This document shows, one piece after another, positions 19,723 through 29,586 of a stretch of 64,000 nucleotides of DNA (positions are counted from its first letter, which is position 1; each line of letters starts with the position of its first letter). The notes under the pieces were generated by a model. That model saw nothing but the letters and a program-made list of their open reading frames with translations, was not told where the DNA came from and did no database searches. The position numbers and the translations under genes are program-made. Source of the stretch: an uncultured Bacteroidales bacterium (GTDB lineage Bacteria > Bacteroidota > Bacteroidia > Bacteroidales > VadinHA17); the NCBI GenBank assembly GCA_963733455.1, contig CAVTDE010000007.1, positions 44,854 to 108,853 of the forward strand, read 5' to 3'.

Positions 19723-21828
19723 ATGAAAAAAATTTATGCAATTTCTGTCATCTGCCTCATTTTGGCACTGGTGGTCTCATGTACTGCCGGTAAAGAGAAG
19801 GAACCTCAACCTGTACTTGGAACAAGGTCAGTTGCAATTATTGAAAAAAAGGGGCTGAAGTTCAAAGACCTTAACAAAAACGGTAAGCTTGACAAGTATG
19901 AGGATTGGAGACTGACCCCTGAAGAAAGAAGCAAGGACCTGCTTTCCAAAATGTCTTTGAACGAGAAGGCCGGCTTTATGCTGATCAACTCTGCAAATAT
20001 GATCGGAACCCGAAGAGCAGAGGCTTCAGAGAATAAACTTGCGGCAAGTGATCTTGATGATGGTGCAGGTCGTTCAGAATTTCCAGGAGGTGGTGGTTTC
20101 GGGCAGAACAGGAACAGGCAGGGTGCACAGGAACGACCACGGGAAGGCGCTGCCGGAGCAAACGGTGAACGCATAGCAAATATGAATAGTTCGGCCGGAA
20201 CAGTCAAAGTGGTGAAAGAGTTTCATAACCGTCATTTTATTCTCCGGTCAAATGAGAGTGCAAGGATTACTGCTGAATGGGCCAATAAACTTCAGTCCCT
20301 TTGCGAGAGCGAACCACTTGGTATTCCTGCAATAATTGCTTCAAATCCCCGTAACAACATCACTACCAACGCATCCCTCGGTACCAGCGTAGGAACAACA
20401 ATCTTTTCTTCCTGGCCCGGGGAACTCGGCTTGTCGGCAATGCGCGATCTGTCACTGACAGGGGAATTTGCCAATATTGCCAGACAGGAATGGACTGCTG
20501 TCGGCCTTAGAAAGGGTTATATGTATATGGCCGACCTTGCAACAGAGCCACGCTGGTCGAGAGTAAACGGAACTTTCGGAGAAAATGCTGATTGGGTCGC
20601 CCAAATGATGAGAGAAGTTGTTCTGGGTTTCCAGGGAGAAAAGTTAAATCCGACATCTGTCGCTCTTACAACAAAACACTTTCCTGGCGGAGGATCAGGC
20701 TATAAGGGCCAGGATTCTCACTTTGACTGGGGTAAAAAAGAAGTTTACCCTGGTGGAATGTTCAGGAATAACCTGATTTCATTTCAGGCGGCTATTGATG
20801 CCGGTACCTCAGCTATTATGCCATACTATTCACTTCCTTCCGGAACCGAATATGAGGAGGTTGGATATGCCTTCAACAAAGGGGTAATTACTGACCTTCT
20901 CAGAAACCAGATGGGTTTTAAAGGAATCATTAACTCCGATACCGGACCTCTGACAGGTATGCCATGGGGAGTTGAAAAACTCACGAAGCAGGAGCGCTAT
21001 AAAAAGGCAATTGAAGCAGGTGTGAATATCTTCTCGGGTGAATCCGATCCTGCTATGCTGATCAACGTGATCGATAGCGGAATGGTCGACATCAGTTATA
21101 TTGACAATTCTGTTCTCCGTCTTCTTAAAGAAAAATTTGAACTCGGATTGTTTGAGAATCCGTATGTGGATGAAGATGCCGCAGAAAAAATTGTCAATAA
21201 TGATAAATTCAGGGAGAGAGCTGCCGTTGCAATGCGTAAATCAATAGTACTTTTAAGGAACAATAATAATGCATTACCACTAAAGCCCGGATTAAAAGTA
21301 TATTTTGAGTCTCTTCAGAGAAATGCCAGAGGACCTGCATCCGATGCGCCAAACATTTATGCATTAAATGACAATAAATATCAAGTAGAATTTGTTAAAA
21401 CTCCGGATAAATCTGACATAGCAATTCTATGGATACAGCCAACCGGAAATTCATTATTCGGCTCATCCGGATCACCAATATCATTGTCACTTTCAAAATG
21501 CTCAGTAGATGTCAATTATATCAACAGGATTGCCTCTCAAAAGCCAACCATTTTAGTAATAAACTATACTAATCCATGGGTAATAAATGAAATATACAAT
21601 GATAAAACTAAAAATATTGCTGCTATTCTTGCCACATTCGGGACTACCCCCGACGCAGTCCTGGATGTAATTACCGGTAAATTTAATCCTTCCGGTAAAA
21701 TGCCCTTTTCTACACCAGTCTCTGATCTTGCAGTTGAGAATCAGAAAGAGGATGTTCCTGGTTATTTGGAAGGAGCTGCCTATGCTCTCTTTAATTACGA
21801 TGAAGGATTAAGCTATGTAAAGGAGTAA
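19723..21828 (+). CDS. Glycoside hydrolase family 3 (beta-glucosidase-like) lipoprotein
   Basis: Lipobox LVVSCTAG, DLNKNGKLDKYEDWRL, KHFPGGG and GFKGIINSD (GH3 nucleophile region). Contains a Gly/Arg-rich insert. Confidence 0.9.
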   Translation: MKKIYAISVICLILALVVSCTAGKEKEPQPVLGTRSVAIIEKKGLKFKDLNKNGKLDKYEDWRLTPEERSKDLLSKMSLNEKAGFMLINSANMIGTRRAEASENKLAASDLDDGAGRSEFPGGGGFGQNRNRQGAQERPREGAAGANGERIANMNSSAGTVKVVKEFHNRHFILRSNESARITAEWANKLQSLCESEPLGIPAIIASNPRNNITTNASLGTSVGTTIFSSWPGELGLSAMRDLSLTGEFANIARQEWTAVGLRKGYMYMADLATEPRWSRVNGTFGENADWVAQMMREVVLGFQGEKLNPTSVALTTKHFPGGGSGYKGQDSHFDWGKKEVYPGGMFRNNLISFQAAIDAGTSAIMPYYSLPSGTEYEEVGYAFNKGVITDLLRNQMGFKGIINSDTGPLTGMPWGVEKLTKQERYKKAIEAGVNIFSGESDPAMLINVIDSGMVDISYIDNSVLRLLKEKFELGLFENPYVDEDAAEKIVNNDKFRERAAVAMRKSIVLLRNNNNALPLKPGLKVYFESLQRNARGPASDAPNIYALNDNKYQVEFVKTPDKSDIAILWIQPTGNSLFGSSGSPISLSLSKCSVDVNYINRIASQKPTILVINYTNPWVINEIYNDKTKNIAAILATFGTTPDAVLDVITGKFNPSGKMPFSTPVSDLAVENQKEDVPGYLEGAAYALFNYDEGLSYVKE

Positions 21829-21861
21829 TACTCGTGCACTCTGTTGTTGTTGACATTTATC

Positions 21862-22440
21862 TTAATTCTCTTGCAGATTACCGATTTCTTCGATCGGAGT
21901 TCTTCTCCGGACTTTAATATTTTTAAAATGAGAAGGCGAGAGTCCGGTGACTTTTTTAAATTGTTTGGATAAATATGAAATGCTGCTGTAGTTCATTTTC
22001 CAGGCAATTTCTGAGAGATTTAATTCGTCATAAATTATAAGTTCTTTAATCCGTTCAATTTTGTTTAAAATTACGAATTGCGCAATTGTAATTCCCTGCA
22101 CTTCTGAAAACAGATTCGCCATGTAGGTATAGTCGTAATTTAGTTTTTCGCTTAAAAAGTCAGAAAAGTTTATTTTAATGAGTTCATCCGAATGATGAAC
22201 CATATCGATAATTGTGGTCTTAATTTTTTCAATCAAAATAGCTCTTTTATCATCTATTAATTCAAGGCCTGACTTAAGCAATCCGATTTTTATCTGTTCC
22301 CGCTGCTCCTGAGATATATCTTCCATTATCTCAACTTCACCCAAATCAACGATGATGAAATGCAGGCCAAGGTTTTTCAACTCCGTCTTCACCGCCATCT
22401 TGCAACGGTTACTCACCATATATTTAATATATAACTTCAA
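21862..22440 (-). CDS. AraC-family (HTH_18) transcriptional regulator, short type
   Basis: N-terminal MVSNRCKMAV block typical of small Bacteroidota AraC proteins. C-terminal helix-turn-helix IAWKMNYSSISYLSKQFKKVTGLSPSHFK. Confidence 0.85.
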   Translation of the reverse strand: MKLYIKYMVSNRCKMAVKTELKNLGLHFIIVDLGEVEIMEDISQEQREQIKIGLLKSGLELIDDKRAILIEKIKTTIIDMVHHSDELIKINFSDFLSEKLNYDYTYMANLFSEVQGITIAQFVILNKIERIKELIIYDELNLSEIAWKMNYSSISYLSKQFKKVTGLSPSHFKNIKVRRRTPIEEIGNLQEN

Positions 22441-22662
22441 GAATTTTAGTTTTTTACATCAACTTCGTTAATGGCTTCCAAATGTTCTGATTCCGGGCCG
22501 GTTTTTCTATTGAAAATCATAAGTTTTTATGTTTATCATTAGCCGGCTTTAATTCTTAAAAGAGTTTTTGGGTTTAAAGGTAAGTCTGCAATTTTGCGAA
22601 AGCGTTACATATTTAATAAAATAAGTTACATCATTCACACATTCAGAGAAATTAATAAAAAT

Positions 22663-22697
22663 ACAAAAAAAAGGCAACCCATAATCCAGGATGCCTT
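22663..22697 (-). terminator. Rho-independent terminator of the DUF3494 gene
   Basis: The minus strand reads aaggcatcc-tggattat-gggttgcctt followed by T8, about 20 nt after the stop at 22720. Confidence 0.7.
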
Positions 22698-22719
22698 AGT
22701 CAAAATACCGACTATAATT

Positions 22720-24228
22720 TTAAGGTCTGTTTAATGTATTCGTACTGGTTAATGTAACTGCAGCATTAATGGCAAGCATTCTGCCTTCTGCAACTGCATG
22801 TGAGTTCATTGTTATGGACGTCAAAGCCAATACGTTCCCTTTAAAAGAAGTGTAATCTCCAATTGTGGCTGAACTGCCAATCTGCCAAAAGATATTTTTA
22901 GCCTGAGCGCCACCGGTAAGAATAACATTACCCCCTGCTCCACCTACTGTGGTTAGTGCAGATCCGACCTGAAAAATCCAGACAGCGTCGACATTACCCT
23001 GTGCATCGAGAGTCAGATCGCCTGAAGCTATCAATAGAGAAGATGTCGATTTGTAAATGCCCGGGGTGAGTGTCTTTCCACCCTGATCGCCAGCTACCAG
23101 TACAGGTGCCGGTAAAATTGCAGCCTGGGCAAAAAGATATGCACTGTTAAGATCCAGTTTAGCCTGTGCAAGCATTGCGGATGTTCCCATAGGGAGCATG
23201 TCATCAGATCCGTAAATAGCTCCGTTAGATATTAAAGCCGGCGGAAATCCTGTTATTGAAGCACGAATACCGGGGCTAATCCCTACATCCAGATTATTGA
23301 TCACGCTCAGACCAACGCTGGTAATTGCAGCGGCTCCGATAATTCCAAATCGTGCTGCTGATTTAAGATCAACAAATAAGGGATTAACAGTTACAACTGG
23401 GACCGGTACCGGATCTGGAACTGGTACTACTAAAGTAACAGGACTGTTTATAGCGTTCGTACTGGTTAATGTAACCGCAGCATTAATGGCAAGCATTCTG
23501 CCTTCTGCAACTGCATGTGAGTTCATTGTTATGGACGTCAAAGCCAATACGTTTCCTTTAAAAGAAGTGTAATCTCCAATTGTGGCTGAACTGCCAATCT
23601 GCCAAAAGATGTTTTTAGCCTGAGCGCCACCGGTAAGAATAACATTACCCCCTGCACCACCTACTGTGGTTAGTGCAGATCCTACCTGAAAAATCCAGAC
23701 AGCGTCGACATTACCCTGTGCATCGAGAGTCAGATCGCCTGAAGCTATCAATAAAGAAGATGTCGATTTGTAAATGCCCGGGGTGAGTGTCTTTCCACCC
23801 TGATCGCCAGCTACCAGTACAGGTACCGGTGAAAGTGCTGCTTCGGCAAAGAGATAAGCATCCGTAAGATCCAGTTTAGCCTGTGCAAGCATTGCAGATG
23901 TTCCCATAGGGAGCATGTCATCAGATCCGTAAATAGCTCCGTTAGATATTAATGCCGGCGGAAATCCTGTTATTGAAGCACGAATTCCAGGACTAATCCC
24001 AACATCCAGATTATTGATCACACTCAGACCAACATTTGTTATTGCAGTAGCTCCAAGAATCCCGAACCGACCTGCTGATTTAAGATCAACCGATAAGGGA
24101 TTATTAATTGTTTTTGATGATATGGTGGCTGGGTTTATGTTCCCGGTTACGAGTTCATCTTTTTGACACCCTGGTAATAGTCCAACCGATACTATCGCAA
24201 AGGCTGTTAATAAATTAATTACTTTCAT
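22720..24228 (-). CDS. Tandem two-domain DUF3494 (ice-binding-like) lipoprotein
   Basis: Lipobox LLPGCQKDE. Two ~230-aa beta-helix-type DUF3494 domains (FGILGA..ITN.G.S.I.G.....PG...TGFPP...G.IY...) are joined by a PVPDPVPVPV linker. The two domains are near-identical at the DNA level with a 717-nt period. Confidence 0.85.
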   Translation of the reverse strand: MKVINLLTAFAIVSVGLLPGCQKDELVTGNINPATISSKTINNPLSVDLKSAGRFGILGATAITNVGLSVINNLDVGISPGIRASITGFPPALISNGAIYGSDDMLPMGTSAMLAQAKLDLTDAYLFAEAALSPVPVLVAGDQGGKTLTPGIYKSTSSLLIASGDLTLDAQGNVDAVWIFQVGSALTTVGGAGGNVILTGGAQAKNIFWQIGSSATIGDYTSFKGNVLALTSITMNSHAVAEGRMLAINAAVTLTSTNAINSPVTLVVPVPDPVPVPVVTVNPLFVDLKSAARFGIIGAAAITSVGLSVINNLDVGISPGIRASITGFPPALISNGAIYGSDDMLPMGTSAMLAQAKLDLNSAYLFAQAAILPAPVLVAGDQGGKTLTPGIYKSTSSLLIASGDLTLDAQGNVDAVWIFQVGSALTTVGGAGGNVILTGGAQAKNIFWQIGSSATIGDYTSFKGNVLALTSITMNSHAVAEGRMLAINAAVTLTSTNTLNRP

Positions 24229-24622
24229 ATTATTGATTTAATTTTGTGAATAAATTTTCACATGACAAAGGTGATGTCATTTCTAAGCAGATGTGTTGTA
24301 CATTTAAAGGGAAGAGTTGTCTTTTTCACACATTTACCAAAAGTTATAATGAAAGTCTGCTATTAAACTTGCTATGCATCTATAATGGTTAATTAGCAGT
24401 AACCGTATATAAGTAAATGAATAGGAAAGATATAACTCTAAAATTTACTTCAAATCTCAGTGGAAAATCGTTGAAAAAAAACTAACGCATCGAATTAAAG
24501 GGATAAAGGATACTGAAGCCCACGGCAAATCCTTTTTTTGCAAATTCATAAATAGTAGCGATATTAGTACCACTAACGAGCGGATATAAAAAAACTCAAT
24601 GTCGGACAAAATATTTCTTAAT

Positions 24623-25852
24623 ATGAATAAAATATCAAAAGTTATCTTTCTGGCGGTTGTTTGTTTATTGTTAACCTCGGGTCAGTTATACTTTGGTTCA
24701 TCCGACAATTTATCAGGGCAATCTCAGGAAGAATATCTTCCCGTAGTTAATGAGCTTCCTGATCTTTTTCTTAGAAATGATGGATCCCGGGTGACAACAG
24801 TTGGTCAATGGAAATCACATCGCGAAGAGTTGGTAGAAAAATTACTGAAATATGAATATGGTCATCTGGCTAAATCGTCTCCCGTACTTGTAATAAACGA
24901 ATCTGCTGATTCAATAATAAGAGATGGACCTGATATTATAAGAAAGAAGGTTGTGAATTTAAAAACTGGTCCTGGAGGAGAGATTAGTTTCACATTGAAT
25001 CTTTTTGTACCAGACAAAAGTGAGGGACCATTTCCTGCAATTATTGACGGTGATCTCTGTTGGGGATCATTGCTTAAAAGGTTGAAGCCGGAAGGATTAG
25101 TATCTCTTGTAAAGCGCGGGTACATAATCGTAGAATTTGATCGTACAATATTTGCAGCGGATAGGAATACCAGAGACGAAGGGGTATTTCCCCTTTATCC
25201 AAATTATGACTGGGGTGCGCTTGCTGCCTGGGCATGGGGTTTTCATCGCACGATTGATTATCTTCTTACCCAGAGTGCAATTAATAAGGATAAGATCTGC
25301 GTTACTGGTTGGTCACGCGGTGGAAAAGCTTGTCTGCTTGCAGGTGCACTTGATGAGAGAATTGCCCTGGTCGCACCCAACTGTTCCGGTACATGCGGTT
25401 CTGGTCCATTGCGTTATGTCGACACCGGTGGTGAAAAAATTGATAATATTGCTACCACATTCCCTTACTGGTTCAATCCCACTTTTCGAAAGTTTACTGG
25501 AAAAGCGGTCGAAACACTGCCTTTTGATCAGCATACTTTAATTGCATTGGTCGCCCCACGTGCATATTTAAGTACCAATGGGTTAAAGGATGCATGGGCA
25601 AATCCAAAAGGGACAGCTCAGGCACATCTTGCAGCTAAGGAAGCTTTTAAAGCCCTGGGTGTGGAAAATAAAATCGGGATCTTCTATACAAATTCAGGTC
25701 ATGATCATAATATTGACAAGTGGATTGCCTTACTTGATTTTGCAGATTTGACCTTTTACGGTAAAAAGACTTCTTATGATTATAACAAGATACCTTTTAA
25801 TGATCTGCCGAAAGCTTATTCCTGGACCTCATCTGTACTGTCTATAAATTAA
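24623..25852 (+). CDS. CE15-like glucuronoyl esterase (alpha/beta hydrolase)
   Basis: VTGWSRGGKACLLAGALDERIALVAPNCSGTCGSGPLR aligns with the CE15 consensus VTGCSRxGKGALxAGAxDERIAL..PQESG.GG. Signal peptide from the ATG at 24623. Confidence 0.7.
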   Translation: MNKISKVIFLAVVCLLLTSGQLYFGSSDNLSGQSQEEYLPVVNELPDLFLRNDGSRVTTVGQWKSHREELVEKLLKYEYGHLAKSSPVLVINESADSIIRDGPDIIRKKVVNLKTGPGGEISFTLNLFVPDKSEGPFPAIIDGDLCWGSLLKRLKPEGLVSLVKRGYIIVEFDRTIFAADRNTRDEGVFPLYPNYDWGALAAWAWGFHRTIDYLLTQSAINKDKICVTGWSRGGKACLLAGALDERIALVAPNCSGTCGSGPLRYVDTGGEKIDNIATTFPYWFNPTFRKFTGKAVETLPFDQHTLIALVAPRAYLSTNGLKDAWANPKGTAQAHLAAKEAFKALGVENKIGIFYTNSGHDHNIDKWIALLDFADLTFYGKKTSYDYNKIPFNDLPKAYSWTSSVLSIN

Positions 25853-25918
25853 ATTAACTTCAGATATTGACTAGCGCGGACCGTTGATAAATTGTTTGGC
25901 AAATACTATTGACAATTT

Positions 25919-26011
25919 TTATAACTTATATATCCCATATTCAGACGCCAGAAACCCTATTGCCCAGGCGATATTCAGAATTACTGCAATTATATAAAGC
26001 AGATTCCCCAT
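25919..26011 (-). CDS. Micro-ORF resembling the N-terminus of lmo0937/DUF5670-type small membrane proteins
   Basis: Not in the track (30 aa): MGNLLYIIAVILNIAWAIGFLASEYGIYKL*. The MGNLLY.IAVIL.I.WAIGF start is characteristic of that family. This copy is shorter than usual. Confidence 0.4.
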   Translation of the reverse strand: MGNLLYIIAVILNIAWAIGFLASEYGIYKL

Positions 26012-26025
26012 GATTTTATTTTTAT

Positions 26026-26358
26026 CTACAGTAAAAGAAGCAAAAGAACAACAATAATAATAATCGCAGCGCCGGAAATATAAACGCCTCCTGATATGTC
26101 GCTGAGTTTCGATTTAATAGATTTAACTTCTTTTCTCAAATTCTTCTTTTCAGAAGAATTCAATTTTGTTTTATCCATCAAGTTAATTTCGTTCAACCTC
26201 GAAATTAAAACCCTTGCCTCTGCTTCATCCGCCGGTTTTGGAGCAGGTACTGAAACAACAGATTTTTCAGGATTTGCACCTGCAGATTGAACCGGGAGTA
26301 TTGTTAATGACAAAAAAGCCATTACCAATGAAAGAATTATTTTTTTCATCTTACCCAA
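26026..26358 (-). CDS. Small secreted/anchored hypothetical protein
   Basis: Signal peptide, a Lys-rich helical middle (EKKNLRKEVKSIKSKL) and a C-terminal hydrophobic anchor GGVYISGAAIIIIVVLLLLLL. Confidence 0.6.
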   Translation of the reverse strand: MGKMKKIILSLVMAFLSLTILPVQSAGANPEKSVVSVPAPKPADEAEARVLISRLNEINLMDKTKLNSSEKKNLRKEVKSIKSKLSDISGGVYISGAAIIIIVVLLLLLL

Positions 26359-26425
26359 GTATTAATTGTTTACAAAATCTAAATTCCCCCTCATCCTCGC
26401 TATTAACAATTAAAAGAACAGTAAG

Positions 26426-27304
26426 TCATTTAACAATAAAGGAATGTGATTGGTTCAGTTCAGCAATTCCAATAACCCCGGCATCCCTCTCAAGAGAATC
26501 AGGAATTGCAATTTTAAAATGCGATTTTACAAGACGTTCCATTGATTCCCTCTGTTTCTGAATCATCCCGACTGCCTCTTCATACGCATCACTGTACGAT
26601 TTACCATCTGTCATAAGCTGGCGTTCCTTCATTTCAAGAGCTATTGAATATTCGGTTTCTTCACAGGAAACCTGCCCGTCAATCCATATTTCTTTTGGAG
26701 GTATAAAATGATAAGCCATGTCATTGCCACTAAAGCCAAAATCGGGATAAAGGTTTTTACGTATCATATAACCATCCACAATCCAGATCGAAATACCTTC
26801 CCTTATTCCTTCAGGGATACGATATATATTCCGGAGATTTATGCTATCCGGAAGATTTCTAATTTCTTTTTTATTATAGGAGTCAAGTACTGAAACTTTG
26901 TTAAGCGAAGCTTCGTGTGCAACACAGATTTCCTGGTTTTTATGCCTGATAACCTGTTCAAGGGATAATGATGAATCGTGGGCTGCTTCATATGTCCATC
27001 CATATTTTGCCATCAGATGCCTTTCATTCATCTCATGCGCAACAGTAAGATCATACTCTTCACATGATATTGCATTATCAATCCATATTTCGCCCTTCGG
27101 ATTGAAAATATAACGCTGTTCATTCCCTCCATAAAGGAATTCCTTGTATATCTTCTGCCTGACAGTATTCCCGTCAATTATCCATATTCCTAAATTGTCC
27201 TTCTCACCGCAGTAATAACGGTATACATTATCTACTCTTTTTGAAGTTCTCCAATTAATCGCAATCAGGCTGATAACAATAAGGAATAAAATAGTTTTTT
27301 TCAT
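26426..27304 (-). CDS. Hypothetical protein with two tandem copies of an uncharacterised ~120-aa domain (IWI.DG...EIWID..SCEE...EM.ER.LM)
   Basis: N-terminal TM/signal segment. The internal duplication is visible in the translation: IWIIDGNTVRQKIY..NPKGEIWIDNAISCEEYDLTVAHEMNERHLM versus IWIVDGYMIRKNLY..IPPKEIWIDGQVSCEETEYSIALEMKERQLM. Confidence 0.65.
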   Translation of the reverse strand: MKKTILFLIVISLIAINWRTSKRVDNVYRYYCGEKDNLGIWIIDGNTVRQKIYKEFLYGGNEQRYIFNPKGEIWIDNAISCEEYDLTVAHEMNERHLMAKYGWTYEAAHDSSLSLEQVIRHKNQEICVAHEASLNKVSVLDSYNKKEIRNLPDSINLRNIYRIPEGIREGISIWIVDGYMIRKNLYPDFGFSGNDMAYHFIPPKEIWIDGQVSCEETEYSIALEMKERQLMTDGKSYSDAYEEAVGMIQKQRESMERLVKSHFKIAIPDSLERDAGVIGIAELNQSHSFIVK

Positions 27305-27615
27305 ATCGGTCCGGTTAACTTAATATCATTACCCATACTTAATTAAGACAATAATATCACTTGAATGTTTTTGAAATAGAACTCATTCCGATAATCTGTA
27401 AACAGATATTTTTAGTTGGTTATTAAATTTTTCTTTGTATTTTTCAACTCGAAAATGATCTTTTTTTGTAGGATTCTTTTATTAAGATTTTGATAAAATA
27501 ATATACACACTTTTAAATATTTATTGATTGTCTTATTACGAACTGCTTATATATAATTCTCTTAACGGTTGTATTTTTTAATTTTAAATATTATTAAGTA
27601 TCTGAATTGACTAAT

Positions 27616-28512
27616 ATGACTATCAAACAAATAGTTTCGAAATACAGGTATTCAATAGGCTTGTTATTGCTTTTTGTTCTCATAGAAAACGTAGCATGGA
27701 TCATTGAACCGACTTTTTTTGGTAAGCTTCTCGATGCACTGATCGGGCATTTTTATGATCACGAGAAGATTAACTATTACTTACCTCTTTTAATTTGGAT
27801 AATTGTTTATTTTATCAATGTTCTGGGGGGGTCACTTCACAGGCTTTACAATGGAGGTATATTTGCCAGGATGTACGCTGATGTCGCCACACAGGTCATC
27901 GATGAATCAAAATCGCGGGGCGATAAATATTCCAAAATGCTTGTAAGGGCCGAACTTGTAAAAGAGTATATAACTTTTTTCAAAGAACGCCTGCCCGAAA
28001 TATTGTGGCAGTTATCAGCCTCAGCAGGAGCAATAATTGCTCTGTTTTTCTATGATTACCGTATCGGATTGGTCTGCCTCGGAGTGATCGGACCAGTTGC
28101 ATTTATGAATAATTTAAACCGGAAAAAAGTAACACATTTTCAGAAAGATATTCATGACAACCAGGAAGAACTCTACAGACTGATTGAAAACCGGGATACA
28201 TCCGAAATACATCAGTTTTTTTATAATATGGTCTCTCCTAAAACCAGGATCGCAAGATGGAATTCATTTAGCTTTACTACAGTGAAGACTTTACTGATTA
28301 TAATATTTATTGTTGTTCTGTTTATCTGTATCGATCTGGATAATTTCTCCACAGGAAAAATATATTCAATTGTAGCCTATTTATGGACTTTCATTGGTCA
28401 AACTGATTACCTGCCTGACCTCATGGAAAGTCTTAGTTCAATTAAAGATCTGAATATTAGATTTGAAAAGGATAACCTGGTAACTCAAAGTTATGAGCCG
28501 GTTCTAAACTAA
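27616..28512 (+). CDS. Stand-alone ABC-transporter-type six-TM domain protein (no ATPase domain)
   Basis: About 6 TM helices with ABC exporter membrane-domain-like spacing. The ORF ends without Walker motifs. The ATG at 27616 is preferred over the TTG at 27607. Confidence 0.55.
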   Translation: MTIKQIVSKYRYSIGLLLLFVLIENVAWIIEPTFFGKLLDALIGHFYDHEKINYYLPLLIWIIVYFINVLGGSLHRLYNGGIFARMYADVATQVIDESKSRGDKYSKMLVRAELVKEYITFFKERLPEILWQLSASAGAIIALFFYDYRIGLVCLGVIGPVAFMNNLNRKKVTHFQKDIHDNQEELYRLIENRDTSEIHQFFYNMVSPKTRIARWNSFSFTTVKTLLIIIFIVVLFICIDLDNFSTGKIYSIVAYLWTFIGQTDYLPDLMESLSSIKDLNIRFEKDNLVTQSYEPVLN

Positions 28513-28761
28513 GTAGTTTGATATAGATAATTAGGCTCCACCACATTCCACCCCGGCAAGCCGGCCCCTCCCTAAAATTGCCCACCTGGTTGTTCTAATT
28601 TCAATTTAATTCAATATTAACGCTATCTTAATGTAAGCCGGATAAGGTTTATATAATTTAGCTCATCGTTAGCTCAGTTTTTGAGATTAAAGAACGGTAA
28701 ATAAACTTTCTCAAACATTAACCGGAATAGTGCTGTCAACTAAGAACTAAAAGATTGAATT

Positions 28762-28923
28762 ATGGAAACACAACAGCTCTCAAAACCAAAGGAACCTGTG
28801 AAACTCGTTCGTATCGATGAAACTACCTGGATTGAAGCAAAGGTCAATGTACCTGATGAAGTTGCACGACAGAAGTTCCTTCTGAAATTAGCCCCAACAT
28901 TAAAATCCAAACCTCACAACTAA
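28762..28923 (+). CDS. Possible small ORF (53 aa), hypothetical
   Basis: METQQLSKPKEPVKLVRIDETTWIEAKVNVPDEVARQKFLLKLAPTLKSKPHN*. It is below the track cutoff and no homology was recognised. Confidence 0.25.
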   Translation: METQQLSKPKEPVKLVRIDETTWIEAKVNVPDEVARQKFLLKLAPTLKSKPHN

Positions 28924-28938
28924 AGCACTCCTGCTGCT

Positions 28939-29502
28939 CTATTTTTTGTAATTGATGATTTCCTCTGCCTTCTTCCTCGGGGTTGCGGCTGACACAGCAT
29001 CAACACTTTTATCAACATTTCCGATTCGCAGTACTGCCACAGCCTTATATCCGGTTGGAATCTGAAACAGTTCTTTCCTGGAATTGATATTTCCAATTGG
29101 GCCGCCGTATATGCGTGCACCAAGCCCAAGTCCATGTGCAGCCACAAACATACTCTCTGTTGCCAGACCGCAATCGAGATCAGGGGTGGCACCTGATTCG
29201 GATTCATTCCCTGAAACAATGACCAGGACATTTCCGGTAACAACATCATTTATAATCTCCTTCATGCCGGCTTCGTCATTTACTACGGTGAACTTCCAGG
29301 GCTGGTTGTTCCTTCCGCTGGGAGCCTTTATACCGCATTTCAAAATCAGGTCGAGCTGCTGATCAGTTACGGGTTCGGATGTATATGTCCTCTCGGAATA
29401 TCCGGTAAGTATCACATTGGCAACACAATTGTCAGAGTTCTGACCATACAGTTTTGAGGCTGCAATTAAAGCAATAACAATTAATGATAATTTGATTTTC
29501 AT
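28939..29502 (-). CDS. Nitroreductase family protein with signal peptide
   Basis: KAPSGRNNQPWKF (FMN-binding nitroreductase motif), 187 aa, N-terminal signal MKIKLSLIVIALIAASKLYG. Confidence 0.85.
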   Translation of the reverse strand: MKIKLSLIVIALIAASKLYGQNSDNCVANVILTGYSERTYTSEPVTDQQLDLILKCGIKAPSGRNNQPWKFTVVNDEAGMKEIINDVVTGNVLVIVSGNESESGATPDLDCGLATESMFVAAHGLGLGARIYGGPIGNINSRKELFQIPTGYKAVAVLRIGNVDKSVDAVSAATPRKKAEEIINYKK

Positions 29503-29586
29503 GTCAAAAGGTTTAAAAGGTTCATATATGTTATGACCATTAAATTAAGTAAAATATTTTATTCCCCGCCTATCAATTCAATGAAC

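Noticed and set aside
22720-24228. Diversity-generating retroelement (template/variable repeat) explanation for the two near-identical DUF3494 halves
   Set aside because: Differences between the copies are a mix of transitions and transversions at all four bases, not adenine-specific. Both copies are in-frame parts of one gene, and no reverse transcriptase lies nearby.
28660-28700. tRNA-like string (ttagctcagtt) in the intergenic region
   Set aside because: Only a D-loop-like heptamer is present. I could find no acceptor stem, anticodon arm or GTTC-type T-loop around it.
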